Shown: positions 23,637 through 32,329 of the stretch, piece by piece
How positions within the stretch are numbered: position 1 is the first letter of the stretch
Layout: each line of letters starts with the position of its first letter
The notes under the pieces: generated by a model
What the model was told of the DNA's origin: nothing
Databases searched by the model: none
The model's input: the letters and a program-made list of their open reading frames with translations, nothing else
Translations under genes and position numbers: made by a program
From: a virus
Lineage: Duplodnaviria > Caudoviricetes
Virus record (IMG/VR): IMGVR_UViG_3300030372_002666
Coordinates: 1 to 36,463 of that record
DNA: 36,463 nt
Direction: 5' to 3' (one strand)

Positions 23637-26057
23637 TTATGTATCTAATGTAGCTCTTTGTTCAGATAATGCTGATTGTATAGCAGGAATAAGAGTATCT
23701 ACTACAGTTTCATCTACTAAGGGAGCAGAAATATTTAAATTAATAGAAGGTGTTCCCTGACCTTGATTAATATTATTCATAGCCTCTACTCCAATAGATT
23801 CTACAGCCCTACGAGACATTACAAACTCACCTCTTTCAGCTTCAATCATTGTACCACCCTGAGAATGCCTATTGCCACCAACCAATCCACCTTGTGCATA
23901 GCTTGGGGGCTGTTGCGATAAAACAACACCTGCTTGTAAAGCTCCTAAACCCCCTACTAGAATAGATAATGGTATATTTGGTAATGCTTCAGCGATAGCA
24001 CCTGCTGTGTCAATAGCAATTTGACCAATAGTAGAGATTTTTTTCATATTAAAAAGTCTTTTCTCTTCATCAGCAAAAGTTCTATTTAGCTGATGTTCCA
24101 TATTTGCTCTTTCTTCATTTGTAGCATTTTGATATCGAGTTGTTGCTTTTAAAGTATTTAATTCATTTTGCTTTCTCTTATTGAGGCCTTGTTCCATAGA
24201 CCCAGTTAAATTATTAAAAGAACTTAATGCTAAATTAGACTGCTCAGAGATTAACCTAATTTTTTCTTGATGTTCTGCATTATTAATTAATGCTCTTTGA
24301 TCTGCAAAATATTTGTCAGATTCTAAATTATGCTCATGATGTGTTAAGAAAGCATCTTCCAAATTTTTTAATTCCTGTAATTGAAATGCAGTGCTTCCTG
24401 CCATAATAATTTTTTTTGCATCTTCAGATTGTTGCTTTAATTTTTCTTCTTCATCAAGTTTCAATTTAGTGATTTTAATTAATGCTTGCAAATTCTCGGC
24501 ATCTCTTGCCATAGAAGATTGCCTTGCATCTTCTTCTGTTTTTGTTTTTGAATTTACTAAGTTAGATTCTTTTTCTTGTAGATTTTGTAAAATAGACAAC
24601 CGCTCTTTTATTCTTGCAATTTCTTTTTCATGATTTTCTTTATCAAATTTAGCACTTAGTTCTTGTATTAACCTTCTAGACACTATTGAATCTATCGTAT
24701 GTTTATTATTCTGAATAAACTCTTCAGAAAAACCTTTTGTTTCTTCCCTAAAAAGTTTTTCTCTTAAGATTTCTTGTTCTTTAATAGCAATTTGCTTTAC
24801 CCTAGATTCGGATAATAAATCTATAGACTCAATCAAGCCCATCACCATTCTTTTTTCTTCTTGATAGGCATTTGAAAAAGTTTTTTCTATATTTTTAACA
24901 GTTGCTGTAACTACTTTTTCTCTATTTTCTAATTCAATAATATTATTTTGCATTGCACTAGATAATTCTCTTAATAATCTTTTTTCTTTTTCTTGTGCAA
25001 GTGATAAACCAAAAAATTTACTTGTTAGTTTGCCAACATTATTTGAAAGGTAAATTATAAGATGAGAAAAACTTAACATAAGAGGTGTTAACGCATCACC
25101 AATAGTAGAGCCAGTGTCGTCTAAGCTTGCTGATAAACTTTCAAAAACTGATTGTGCATTTTTTACCTCTGATCCAACTAATTGCACTTTTTGCCTAGCA
25201 GATTCTAAAGTAGCATTTAAAAAAGCCTGTTTTTGTTCTGCTTCGGTTAATTCATCCGCAGTTTTATTAAGTTCTTGAGCATATATAGCATATGCATCTT
25301 TTGTCTTAACTATAATACCAATATTATCAAGCATAAGTCTGGATTGTCTACCAATACCAGTAATTAAAGACTCTACTGAGCTTCTCGTATCTCTTCCAAG
25401 TGCTTTTCCCAGTCTTTGTGCGATATCAAACATTTCAGCCATCTCACCTGATGTTTTTGCCACACCTAAAACAAGAGCATTATTTGCTTGTTGCAAAAGA
25501 TCAAATTCTGACATAGTATTGTTAGTAGCATTTTTTAATTTATTTAAGGCTTTTTCAGAATCCATTGAGCCTCTAGATAAACTATCAAAAGCTGATCTCA
25601 TTGCATTTAATTTTGAAGATTGACTGGTAAATGAAATTAATTGCCTAACTCCTAAAGCCATTGCAAAGTTAAATAAAAGCATTTTTGACCTTAAGACAGC
25701 AAATGTACCACCTAAAATTCTTGTTCCTTTAGATGCTTTTTTTTGCTCTATATTATATTGCTTTACTTTATTCTTAACTCTTTCTAAGTCTACTGCACTT
25801 CCCTTTAATGCACTATTCCATAACTGTGTGGAAATTCCTATCTTCCTATAATCTAAATTTAAAGCTTCTAACCTTATTTCAATTTTTCTAAGAGCATTTG
25901 CGTTTTTTATAGAATTTGTTTTTTGTAATTTTCCCTGATTAACAAGTTTAGCTTGCGTATTGATTAAAGACTTGGTTGCTGTATCTAATTTATCTAAAGC
26001 AATTCGTAAATTCTTACTATCACCAATAAATTTAATTTCTACTGTGTTTTGTGCCAT
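23637..26057 (-). CDS. Tape measure protein
   Basis: 806 aa, helical and Ala/Gly-rich; GRQSRLMLDNIGI and YAQGGLV..EAERGEFV motifs; follows the chaperone genes. Confidence 0.9.
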   Translation of the reverse strand: MAQNTVEIKFIGDSKNLRIALDKLDTATKSLINTQAKLVNQGKLQKTNSIKNANALRKIEIRLEALNLDYRKIGISTQLWNSALKGSAVDLERVKNKVKQYNIEQKKASKGTRILGGTFAVLRSKMLLFNFAMALGVRQLISFTSQSSKLNAMRSAFDSLSRGSMDSEKALNKLKNATNNTMSEFDLLQQANNALVLGVAKTSGEMAEMFDIAQRLGKALGRDTRSSVESLITGIGRQSRLMLDNIGIIVKTKDAYAIYAQELNKTADELTEAEQKQAFLNATLESARQKVQLVGSEVKNAQSVFESLSASLDDTGSTIGDALTPLMLSFSHLIIYLSNNVGKLTSKFFGLSLAQEKEKRLLRELSSAMQNNIIELENREKVVTATVKNIEKTFSNAYQEEKRMVMGLIESIDLLSESRVKQIAIKEQEILREKLFREETKGFSEEFIQNNKHTIDSIVSRRLIQELSAKFDKENHEKEIARIKERLSILQNLQEKESNLVNSKTKTEEDARQSSMARDAENLQALIKITKLKLDEEEKLKQQSEDAKKIIMAGSTAFQLQELKNLEDAFLTHHEHNLESDKYFADQRALINNAEHQEKIRLISEQSNLALSSFNNLTGSMEQGLNKRKQNELNTLKATTRYQNATNEERANMEHQLNRTFADEEKRLFNMKKISTIGQIAIDTAGAIAEALPNIPLSILVGGLGALQAGVVLSQQPPSYAQGGLVGGNRHSQGGTMIEAERGEFVMSRRAVESIGVEAMNNINQGQGTPSINLNISAPLVDETVVDTLIPAIQSALSEQRATLDT

Positions 26058-26430
26058 TTTTTATTGCCTTTGCTTTTTGCCTTTCTATTAAACCTGTTAA
26101 TAAAAAACTTTTTTCTACCCATTTTCTAGGTTGATCTCCATAACTACCTTGATATGGAGATATTTTAAATTGTCTTGCATACATAAATCTTGCTATATCT
26201 TCTTGAGCTTTAATATCTGTTATCATATTTACACAAGCAAAAAAGGGTAGTTGTGCCATTACCGAACTAGCGATATTGAAACTTCCACCCTTTTTATTTT
26301 CTTCTTTTGTTTCGTCTATTATTAGCCGAATAACATCCCAAACATCATCATTTGATCTAAATGTGCGACTTGTATATTTCCCCTCAATTAAGACAGGAAT
26401 TTGAGCCTTATAGGGGTATTCGTGATACAT
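26032..26430 (-). CDS. Tail assembly chaperone, gpT-like C-terminal part (likely reached by -1 frameshift)
   Basis: Its frame stays open upstream to 26493 and is -1 relative to 26484..26738. Confidence 0.75.
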   Translation of the reverse strand: MYHEYPYKAQIPVLIEGKYTSRTFRSNDDVWDVIRLIIDETKEENKKGGSFNIASSVMAQLPFFACVNMITDIKAQEDIARFMYARQFKISPYQGSYGDQPRKWVEKSFLLTGLIERQKAKAIKNGTKHSRN

Positions 26431-26434
26431 ACAC

Positions 26435-26493
26435 CCCTCACATCTTTTATCTAATAAGAAGTTGGTTTCTAGAGTGAGGGATTCTACTCCCCC
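26435..26493 (-). other. Programmed -1 frameshift signal
   Basis: G-GGG-GAG directly before TAG; CCCTCAC/GTGAGGG stem starts 6 nt downstream. Confidence 0.7.
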
Positions 26494-26738
26494 AAGCGTT
26501 GATGTTCTTGTACAGCCAATGATAGTTCATTTTTTTCATCTTCAGAAAGTGCTTTAATAAATTTATCATCAGCACCTTCTACACCTTTGCGAATCCAAGC
26601 AGTTCTTGCTTTTGCTAAATTAGTGATAGCTACAACTTCGTTGCCCTCATATCTCATTTGGGGTAAGTCGTTACAATAATCCATGTCATCAACAGACATT
26701 TCTTTTAATTTAACTTCTTTACCTGTAGATAATTTCAT
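26484..26738 (-). CDS. Tail assembly chaperone (gpG-like)
   Basis: Small acidic ORF between the tail tube and tape measure genes. Confidence 0.8.
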   Translation of the reverse strand: MKLSTGKEVKLKEMSVDDMDYCNDLPQMRYEGNEVVAITNLAKARTAWIRKGVEGADDKFIKALSEDEKNELSLAVQEHQRLGE

Positions 26739-27733
26739 TAACTACTCACATCAAATGATATTAAAGCATCTGATCCATCATCAACGGCTTTCATTGCAAT
26801 ATCAAGCATCATTATGTCACCTTCATTATAAGCAACATCTGTTAATACTCCATTTTGCATATCTAAGCCAAAGGCATTATTATTTGTAATTACAAACATA
26901 TTCCCACTTAATGCAGTTGCTTGAGTATCAAATGAATTAATAAATCCTTTTGTATTGCCATCATACTTAACTGTTGCTTCGGCTGTAACTGCTGTTTCAG
27001 CACCTCTACTAACTTGTTGATACCCAGTTGATGAAAACCCAGTAAATACTGCTGGACTCTCTATTGTAGCTGTAAAATTTTGAAGTATAACATCTGTATT
27101 AAAAACTTTAATTCCACTTCCACTACTTAAAAAACAATCTGTTGTGTTTGCATATACATTATTCCCAGCCGCAGTTGAAGATTCGTTAAGGTCTGGCTTT
27201 ACTCCAGATTGTAAGGTTGCAGAAAATTTATATCTACCACCTTCTGCTGTGCTATCTGCTGATAATGCAAAGTTAGTCACAACCATTCCTGACATTTCTA
27301 ATGATCTTTGGTTTGAGTGATCTGATGATTTCACTATAACTGTCAATGCTGATGCTGAATTAGTTACTGCACTTCCATAAAGCTGAGTAGCTGGTGTGAA
27401 ACCACTTGCTACTGCTATGTCTCCACTTACATCATTACATATATTTTGCAATAATAAATTATGACCAGAATCATTGTGCATTGTACCTGATATAGAAATC
27501 TCTACAACTCTTAGTATATTATCTTGAAATACATCTTCATCTTTTAAAGTTCGACCTACGCCACTACGAACATCAAGAACTTGATTTACATTGAGTGATG
27601 GCATTCCAACTGAATCAACATCAAGTTGATACATATTACTAGCGTGAATACCAGATGTTCCAGCATATGTAGCATCAGATGCTATCCATACTTGAAATTC
27701 TTTTGGTGAAAAAGCGTGTCCTACGACTGCCAT
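26738..27733 (-). CDS. Major tail (tube) protein
   Basis: 331 aa, beta-rich, canonical position before the chaperones. Confidence 0.8.
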   Translation of the reverse strand: MAVVGHAFSPKEFQVWIASDATYAGTSGIHASNMYQLDVDSVGMPSLNVNQVLDVRSGVGRTLKDEDVFQDNILRVVEISISGTMHNDSGHNLLLQNICNDVSGDIAVASGFTPATQLYGSAVTNSASALTVIVKSSDHSNQRSLEMSGMVVTNFALSADSTAEGGRYKFSATLQSGVKPDLNESSTAAGNNVYANTTDCFLSSGSGIKVFNTDVILQNFTATIESPAVFTGFSSTGYQQVSRGAETAVTAEATVKYDGNTKGFINSFDTQATALSGNMFVITNNNAFGLDMQNGVLTDVAYNEGDIMMLDIAMKAVDDGSDALISFDVSS

Positions 27734-27906
27734 TATTTATCTCCTTTTTTGGATTTAGATACATCAAATAGATGATCTAGGTTATTTAAATTACTTACTT
27801 CTATGCTTTTACCTTTTTGAAGTTCTTCCCAATCTTCAAAAGAGCATCCACATTTTTTCCAGCAATTCGGCAATTTATTATTTTTATCTTTTAGTTTAAC
27901 TTTCAT
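27733..27906 (-). CDS. 57-aa hypothetical protein
   Basis: MKVKLKDKNNKLPNCWKKCGCSFEDWEELQKG...; TAATG coupling to the tail tube gene. Confidence 0.65.
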   Translation of the reverse strand: MKVKLKDKNNKLPNCWKKCGCSFEDWEELQKGKSIEVSNLNNLDHLFDVSKSKKGDK

Positions 27907-27923
27907 ATCTATTCCTTATTACT

Positions 27924-28367
27924 TTAAGATATATTTCCTAAGTGCATACCCCTCCACTCCCATCTCATCACATTAAGACCATCTATCTCATTTTCTTCAC
28001 CAGTCTTTTCATTAATACGACAAGATGTAAGCCTTCCATTGAAATAAGCATTACTACTTCCAGACATATTATCATGGAAAAGGGCTTCTATGTGTGATAC
28101 TTGACGAAGTATATGTTCCCAAGTATCTTTTTTTACTGTTTTTTCTTTAAATGTATATGATACATCCAAAATATATTCTCTAGTTTCTGATGTTATATTA
28201 AATTCAACTAAATCAGAACCTATTGGATTAAGGCGTATAGACTGATTGCCCATATCCTTAAAATTTCCTGTGTATATTGGGATACTACCTGCAAACTCAT
28301 TATTAAGAAAAGTTCTAATAGTGTCCAAAATTTTTGTTTCCCAGATATTAACAAAAGTAATTGCCAT
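27924..28367 (-). CDS. Tail terminator/completion-like protein
   Basis: 147 aa; position and alpha/beta pattern. Confidence 0.6.
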   Translation of the reverse strand: MAITFVNIWETKILDTIRTFLNNEFAGSIPIYTGNFKDMGNQSIRLNPIGSDLVEFNITSETREYILDVSYTFKEKTVKKDTWEHILRQVSHIEALFHDNMSGSSNAYFNGRLTSCRINEKTGEENEIDGLNVMRWEWRGMHLGNIS

Positions 28368-29317
28368 TACCTACGAGTCATCCTCATAGAGTATGGTGAT
28401 CCTGTTTCTAATATAGATTCATTCTTACCAAAAAACTCTATTTCCCATTTATCATTAATCGTAGCAGTATCTGCTGTGTCTCCTGCAAATCGTACAGTTA
28501 CTCCACTAGCTAAAGTTTGGTACTGACCATTTATGGTATCTATATAATCTGCTGTTTCACCATTATTCATTCGTTCAGCACCTAAGTTGTCACCATCTTT
28601 CAACCATACTGAGTATTTAGCTGTCCCTAAAGCACCTGCTGTTGTAATCTTTACACCAACTCTATCATATATATCATGGTATTGCCCTCTAGTATCTACG
28701 AGTCTTAAACTACCACTAACAGAGACTTCTCTAATAACACCTTGAGAAGAATCCCCTGTAACCTGCCATGATAGTTTCGTACTGCCTTCATTGAGAGATA
28801 GGATATTTCTATCAGCCTCTTCAAATAAAGCATTAGCAACTTCTGAAGTTGGGTCATTTGACCTAATTAAAAAATAACAAGCCAATAAAGCAGTGGTTCT
28901 AATGATTGTATAGTCATAATTACCATCTTTGTCTTTGAATTGTTTTCTGGGTAGTCTCCCATCCAACCTAGAATCAAGGTATTTTTCAGCATTTGAGATA
29001 TAGCGAGTTTTTAGTGTTGCCCAATCATCTCCTGATTCCATAAGCATATCATTTGGATTGGTTGCACTATTATAATAATAAACAGCATCTAAAGTAGATT
29101 CATAATACCATTCCCCATTAGAGTTTACTTCTCCACTGTTTGCTTGAGCATTGCCTAAGTCTTGTCCATTTGCAAAGAGTTGAGTGACAAGACCACAATT
29201 ATCTGCTCTGTATAAACTACTACTATGAACTACCCAGCCATATAAAGGAGTTTTGGTATCAAACTCATCTATTGATGGATAAACATCTTTTAAATCTCTT
29301 TCGGTGCAATAAGCCAT
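28367..29317 (-). CDS. Head-tail adaptor-like protein with extra beta-rich domains
   Basis: N-terminal MAYCT..DL, AEKYLDSRL and ALLACYFL connector motifs, but 316 aa long. Confidence 0.65.
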   Translation of the reverse strand: MAYCTERDLKDVYPSIDEFDTKTPLYGWVVHSSSLYRADNCGLVTQLFANGQDLGNAQANSGEVNSNGEWYYESTLDAVYYYNSATNPNDMLMESGDDWATLKTRYISNAEKYLDSRLDGRLPRKQFKDKDGNYDYTIIRTTALLACYFLIRSNDPTSEVANALFEEADRNILSLNEGSTKLSWQVTGDSSQGVIREVSVSGSLRLVDTRGQYHDIYDRVGVKITTAGALGTAKYSVWLKDGDNLGAERMNNGETADYIDTINGQYQTLASGVTVRFAGDTADTATINDKWEIEFFGKNESILETGSPYSMRMTRR

Positions 29318-29326
29318 ATCTTTCCT

Positions 29327-29379
29327 AAGTTACTACATGAATATTTCTAATGCAATACTAAATGTTAAGTTCTTAACAA
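29327..29379 (-). promoter_or_regulatory. Neck/tail operon promoter with upstream palindrome
   Basis: Minus strand TTGCAT-17-TAACTT; palindrome ATGTTAA-GTTC-TTAACAA (29362-29379) lies 6 nt upstream of the -35. Confidence 0.6.
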
Positions 29380-29382
29380 TTT

Positions 29383-29763
29383 TTAATCTTTTATCTCTAC
29401 ATGGACTAAGTCATCAAAAGAATTATCTTTTGTATCACCATCACTATTCCAGTCCCCTCCAAACCTGATATTTACACCCATCTGTTTTGCGATACCACGA
29501 ATCATTCCACCCATATAATAAAATCCATCTCTATTTTCCCAATCTATAGGATAAGGTGCTAAGTCAACAGCTTTTCCTTCCATGTGTTTAGAATACTTAA
29601 CTTTAGTTGCTCCTTTAGCCAAAAGTTCTTTTTGACGTTCAGCAGAGCGAAGTCCTTCAATAATAGTAACATCCATCATTTTAATAAGTTCATTTAAAAC
29701 ATTAATTAATCTACTATCTACCCCTTTAAGTCTTTCACGACTCCGCTTGCCGAATTTATACAT
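29383..29763 (-). CDS. Endolysin, M15 (L-alanyl-D-glutamate peptidase-like)
   Basis: EGLRS..RQ..L, SKHMEGKAVD, RFGGDW and DLVHVE motifs. Confidence 0.9.
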   Translation of the reverse strand: MYKFGKRSRERLKGVDSRLINVLNELIKMMDVTIIEGLRSAERQKELLAKGATKVKYSKHMEGKAVDLAPYPIDWENRDGFYYMGGMIRGIAKQMGVNIRFGGDWNSDGDTKDNSFDDLVHVEIKD

Positions 29764-29846
29764 TATTTCTTCTTCTTTTTCTTTTTCATTTTACGTTTTT
29801 TTAATGGCTTTGCTTTTCCAAAACCATATCCTTTTCCTTTTGGCAT
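29763..29846 (-). CDS. 27-aa poly-Lys peptide
   Basis: MPKGKGYGFGKAKPLKKRKMKKKKKKK; TAATG coupling at both ends. Confidence 0.7.
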   Translation of the reverse strand: MPKGKGYGFGKAKPLKKRKMKKKKKKK

Positions 29847-30091
29847 TATGCTCTCCTTACTTTTTTTGCTACTTTTTTAGTGTATTTTGCTTTTTGCTTA
29901 CCTTTAGCAGAGGCTTTTCTTTTTTTTCTGTTAGTGTAAGCCTTTTGACTGGGACTGAGACTTTCCCTAACTGCTTTAGGTAGGTAACGCCCTCTTTTTC
30001 TTCTTGGTTTTTTTGAATCACTTTTAGTTACATATCCCCATTTTTGCTTTGTCCATTTTTTTAAACTTTTTTGAGGTGACTTTAATGACAT
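29846..30091 (-). CDS. Small highly basic protein
   Basis: LKKWTKQKW..RYLPK; TAATG coupling. Confidence 0.8.
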   Translation of the reverse strand: MSLKSPQKSLKKWTKQKWGYVTKSDSKKPRRKRGRYLPKAVRESLSPSQKAYTNRKKRKASAKGKQKAKYTKKVAKKVRRA

Positions 30092-30273
30092 TACTTATAA
30101 CCTCCTCCAGCTTTTTTATAAGCTCTAGCTAACATTTGAGCTTTTCTTGCTGACCATTGACCTGCTCTGCCACCTTTGCTTCCTGATTTAATTCTATAAA
30201 AAAGTCTTTTTCTCATAGCAGGTTTTGTATAATTACCTGCTTTATTTACTGTTGATTTTTTTCTTCTTTTCAT
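30091..30273 (-). CDS. Small highly basic protein
   Basis: NYTKP..GSKGGRAGQWSARKAQMLARAYKKAGGGY. Confidence 0.8.
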   Translation of the reverse strand: MKRRKKSTVNKAGNYTKPAMRKRLFYRIKSGSKGGRAGQWSARKAQMLARAYKKAGGGYK

Positions 30274-30443
30274 TTTCCAACTTTTTTCATAGCTAATTTA
30301 TGTGACTGAGTAAAAGTTTTACCTTTTTTCATTGCCCTTACCATAGCTTTAATATGCTTTACTGTATGATGTTTTGAATGTCTCCTCATAGCTGTCATTT
30401 GTTTTTTATTTAAACCAGCTAAACTAACCCCTTTTGCTTTCAT
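30270..30443 (-). CDS. 57-aa basic His-rich protein
   Basis: MKAKGVSLAGLNKKQMTAMRRHSKHHTVKHIKAMVRAMKKGKTFTQSHKLAMKKVGK; ATGA overlap. Confidence 0.75.
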   Translation of the reverse strand: MKAKGVSLAGLNKKQMTAMRRHSKHHTVKHIKAMVRAMKKGKTFTQSHKLAMKKVGK

Positions 30444-30447
30444 AATA

Positions 30448-30738
30448 TTACCACTTTACTTTATTTGCCCAGTAACTGCCTGACATTTTTCCTCTTGCTA
30501 TGTTCTTACGATGCCTAGCTTTAAATGACTTACGTTTTGCTTTCATTCTAGCAGATTCCCCCTTCTTTGGTTTACCTGCTGTTTTAGCTCCTTGTTGACC
30601 AAATCTAATCAGTTTAACTTTAGTTCCAACTTTTGCAAGAACAACATGAGATTTTTTAGGATGACTAGGAGTACGCTTCGGCTTATTATATCCCTTTAAT
30701 CCATATCTAGATAATCTCGAATCACGCTTTTTAGGCAT
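30448..30738 (-). CDS. Small highly basic protein
   Basis: KKSHVVLAK..KLIRFGQQG..RKSFKARH..YWANKVKW. Confidence 0.8.
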   Translation of the reverse strand: MPKKRDSRLSRYGLKGYNKPKRTPSHPKKSHVVLAKVGTKVKLIRFGQQGAKTAGKPKKGESARMKAKRKSFKARHRKNIARGKMSGSYWANKVKW

Positions 30739-30965
30739 TATTTATCCTTAAAAACACCTGCTAATAAATCGGTAACAACATCCATCATTTCTTCAAAAAA
30801 CTTTTGCTCTTTTTCTTCTTTAACAAAAGGTATATTAATTTTTTCATTCATTTTTGTTGCTAACATATCAGAAAACTCATCTGACTCTAAATGACCCATA
30901 GCTTCTGATTTCATTTTTTCTGCTTGTTCTTCAGCTAACTTAACTAACATTGATTTTATATTCAT
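30738..30965 (-). CDS. Hypothetical protein
   Basis: ORF track; TAATG coupling. Confidence 0.75.
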   Translation of the reverse strand: MNIKSMLVKLAEEQAEKMKSEAMGHLESDEFSDMLATKMNEKINIPFVKEEKEQKFFEEMMDVVTDLLAGVFKDK

Positions 30966-31111
30966 TATGATTCCTTTATTTTTTTAATTTTATAATATAA
31001 ATAAATAATATTCATTACAGCGATTGTAATACCTAAAAAATATGGCAGTAAATCCATAAAAACGATTGCCATGCTACCAAAACTTCCAGTAGATACTTTT
31101 AAGCTATCCAT
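30965..31111 (-). CDS. 48-aa membrane protein, holin-like
   Basis: MDSLKVSTGSFGSMAIVFMDLLPYFLGITIAVMNIIYLYYKIKKIKES; coupled at both ends. Confidence 0.65.
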   Translation of the reverse strand: MDSLKVSTGSFGSMAIVFMDLLPYFLGITIAVMNIIYLYYKIKKIKES

Positions 31112-31446
31112 TAATGTTTTCCTCCCCCATTAATTCTTCCTGACAGATAACTTATCTTATCTGATAAGTCATCCACTTCTTTCATTAAGGCTTCATGCCT
31201 TCTATTTCTTTCATTAGATTGAGATTCTGAATCTCTTTGAACTCTGTCTAATAGCTTAAGCAATATTCCTTCAACATTAGAACTTGTCCCTTCTGCTTTA
31301 GCTAAATCTACTGCCATTTTATCTAATGCCTCATTTTGAGCTGATTGAGACTTGATAAGATTTGTAATCATAAATCCAAAAAGTAAAGAAATTACTCCAG
31401 TTGCTCCAAGAGTTCCGTATGCTTCTAATAATGTCGCTGTATCCAC
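31111..31446 (-). CDS. N-terminal TM + coiled-coil protein (holin/lysis-associated)
   Basis: Hydrophobic residues ~11-31, then heptad pattern. Confidence 0.65.
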   Translation of the reverse strand: MDTATLLEAYGTLGATGVISLLFGFMITNLIKSQSAQNEALDKMAVDLAKAEGTSSNVEGILLKLLDRVQRDSESQSNERNRRHEALMKEVDDLSDKISYLSGRINGGGKH

Positions 31447-31769
31447 TATTTTTTACCTCTTTTTTTACCCCATGAAAGGGGATTAATATTAAATTCTTTT
31501 TCATAAAATGCTACTTTTTCTGCCAGCTCTTTTCTCTCAATCCGTTCTTCCACGATGTGCTTATCAAGTAAGCTCCCAATTTGTTCAGTTTGAGTAAGAA
31601 CGCTATCTTCAAGTCGTCTAATCCTTGTTTCAATTTGCCAGTAACCATATACCAACATACCGATAAGAACTGCAATTTGACCAAGCCACTTAAGGTTAAT
31701 GCTAACAATGGCATTATCATCAAGAACAGTAGCACGATAACTTCTAGCTGTATCTGGTTTTTCACTCAT
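31446..31769 (-). CDS. Single-TM + coiled-coil protein
   Basis: WLGQIAVLIGMLVYGYW followed by coiled-coil-like sequence. Confidence 0.65.
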   Translation of the reverse strand: MSEKPDTARSYRATVLDDNAIVSINLKWLGQIAVLIGMLVYGYWQIETRIRRLEDSVLTQTEQIGSLLDKHIVEERIERKELAEKVAFYEKEFNINPLSWGKKRGKK

Positions 31770-32011
31770 TTAATCCTTATATCTTCCCATTCATCATGCC
31801 TATAGCACCAATTAGAATATTCATATATTTTTCCATGATACCAGTGCATCGTAGAATCAGCATCCACTATCTCTATAAAAACTGTATTTGTAACTGTATC
31901 CTGAGGTGTGAGAGGTAGACTCCCTACGACCCATCCTTGACTGCAATTTGGTATCCCTGTTATAATCAACAGAAATATCATAACTCGTACTAACAACTTT
32001 AAAATCTCCAT
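31766..32011 (-). CDS. Possible lipoprotein
   Basis: Signal-like hydrophobic N-terminus followed by Cys (IPNCS); ATGA overlap with the next gene. Confidence 0.5.
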   Translation of the reverse strand: MEILKLLVRVMIFLLIITGIPNCSQGWVVGSLPLTPQDTVTNTVFIEIVDADSTMHWYHGKIYEYSNWCYRHDEWEDIRIK

Positions 32012-32035
32012 TCTTTAATTTTTTAATAACTTTAT

Positions 32036-32329
32036 TCATAAAACCATCCACCATGCAATTCCAGTTTCTACTATTAAATCAGACATAGTATTATAAGCCC
32101 ATGCTTTTTTAGTTCCATAGGTCTCTTCATCACCCTCTATAAACCATTCAAATATTTCCCATAATACACCTATAATAAATACTCCCATCACACACCAGAA
32201 ATCTGTCCAGTGCAACCATTGAAATATTTTACATAAGAATGCCCCAGCACCAATGTGATAAGCAGTCCATCCATCTAACTGGCTGGTTCTTGTTTGCCAT
32301 GATACTAATGTTGCTAAAGGATTTTTCAT
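32036..32329 (-). CDS. Small multi-pass membrane protein
   Basis: DGWTAYH...GVLWEIFE...NTMSD pattern, Trp-rich hydrophobic segments. Confidence 0.7.
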   Translation of the reverse strand: MKNPLATLVSWQTRTSQLDGWTAYHIGAGAFLCKIFQWLHWTDFWCVMGVFIIGVLWEIFEWFIEGDEETYGTKKAWAYNTMSDLIVETGIAWWMVL

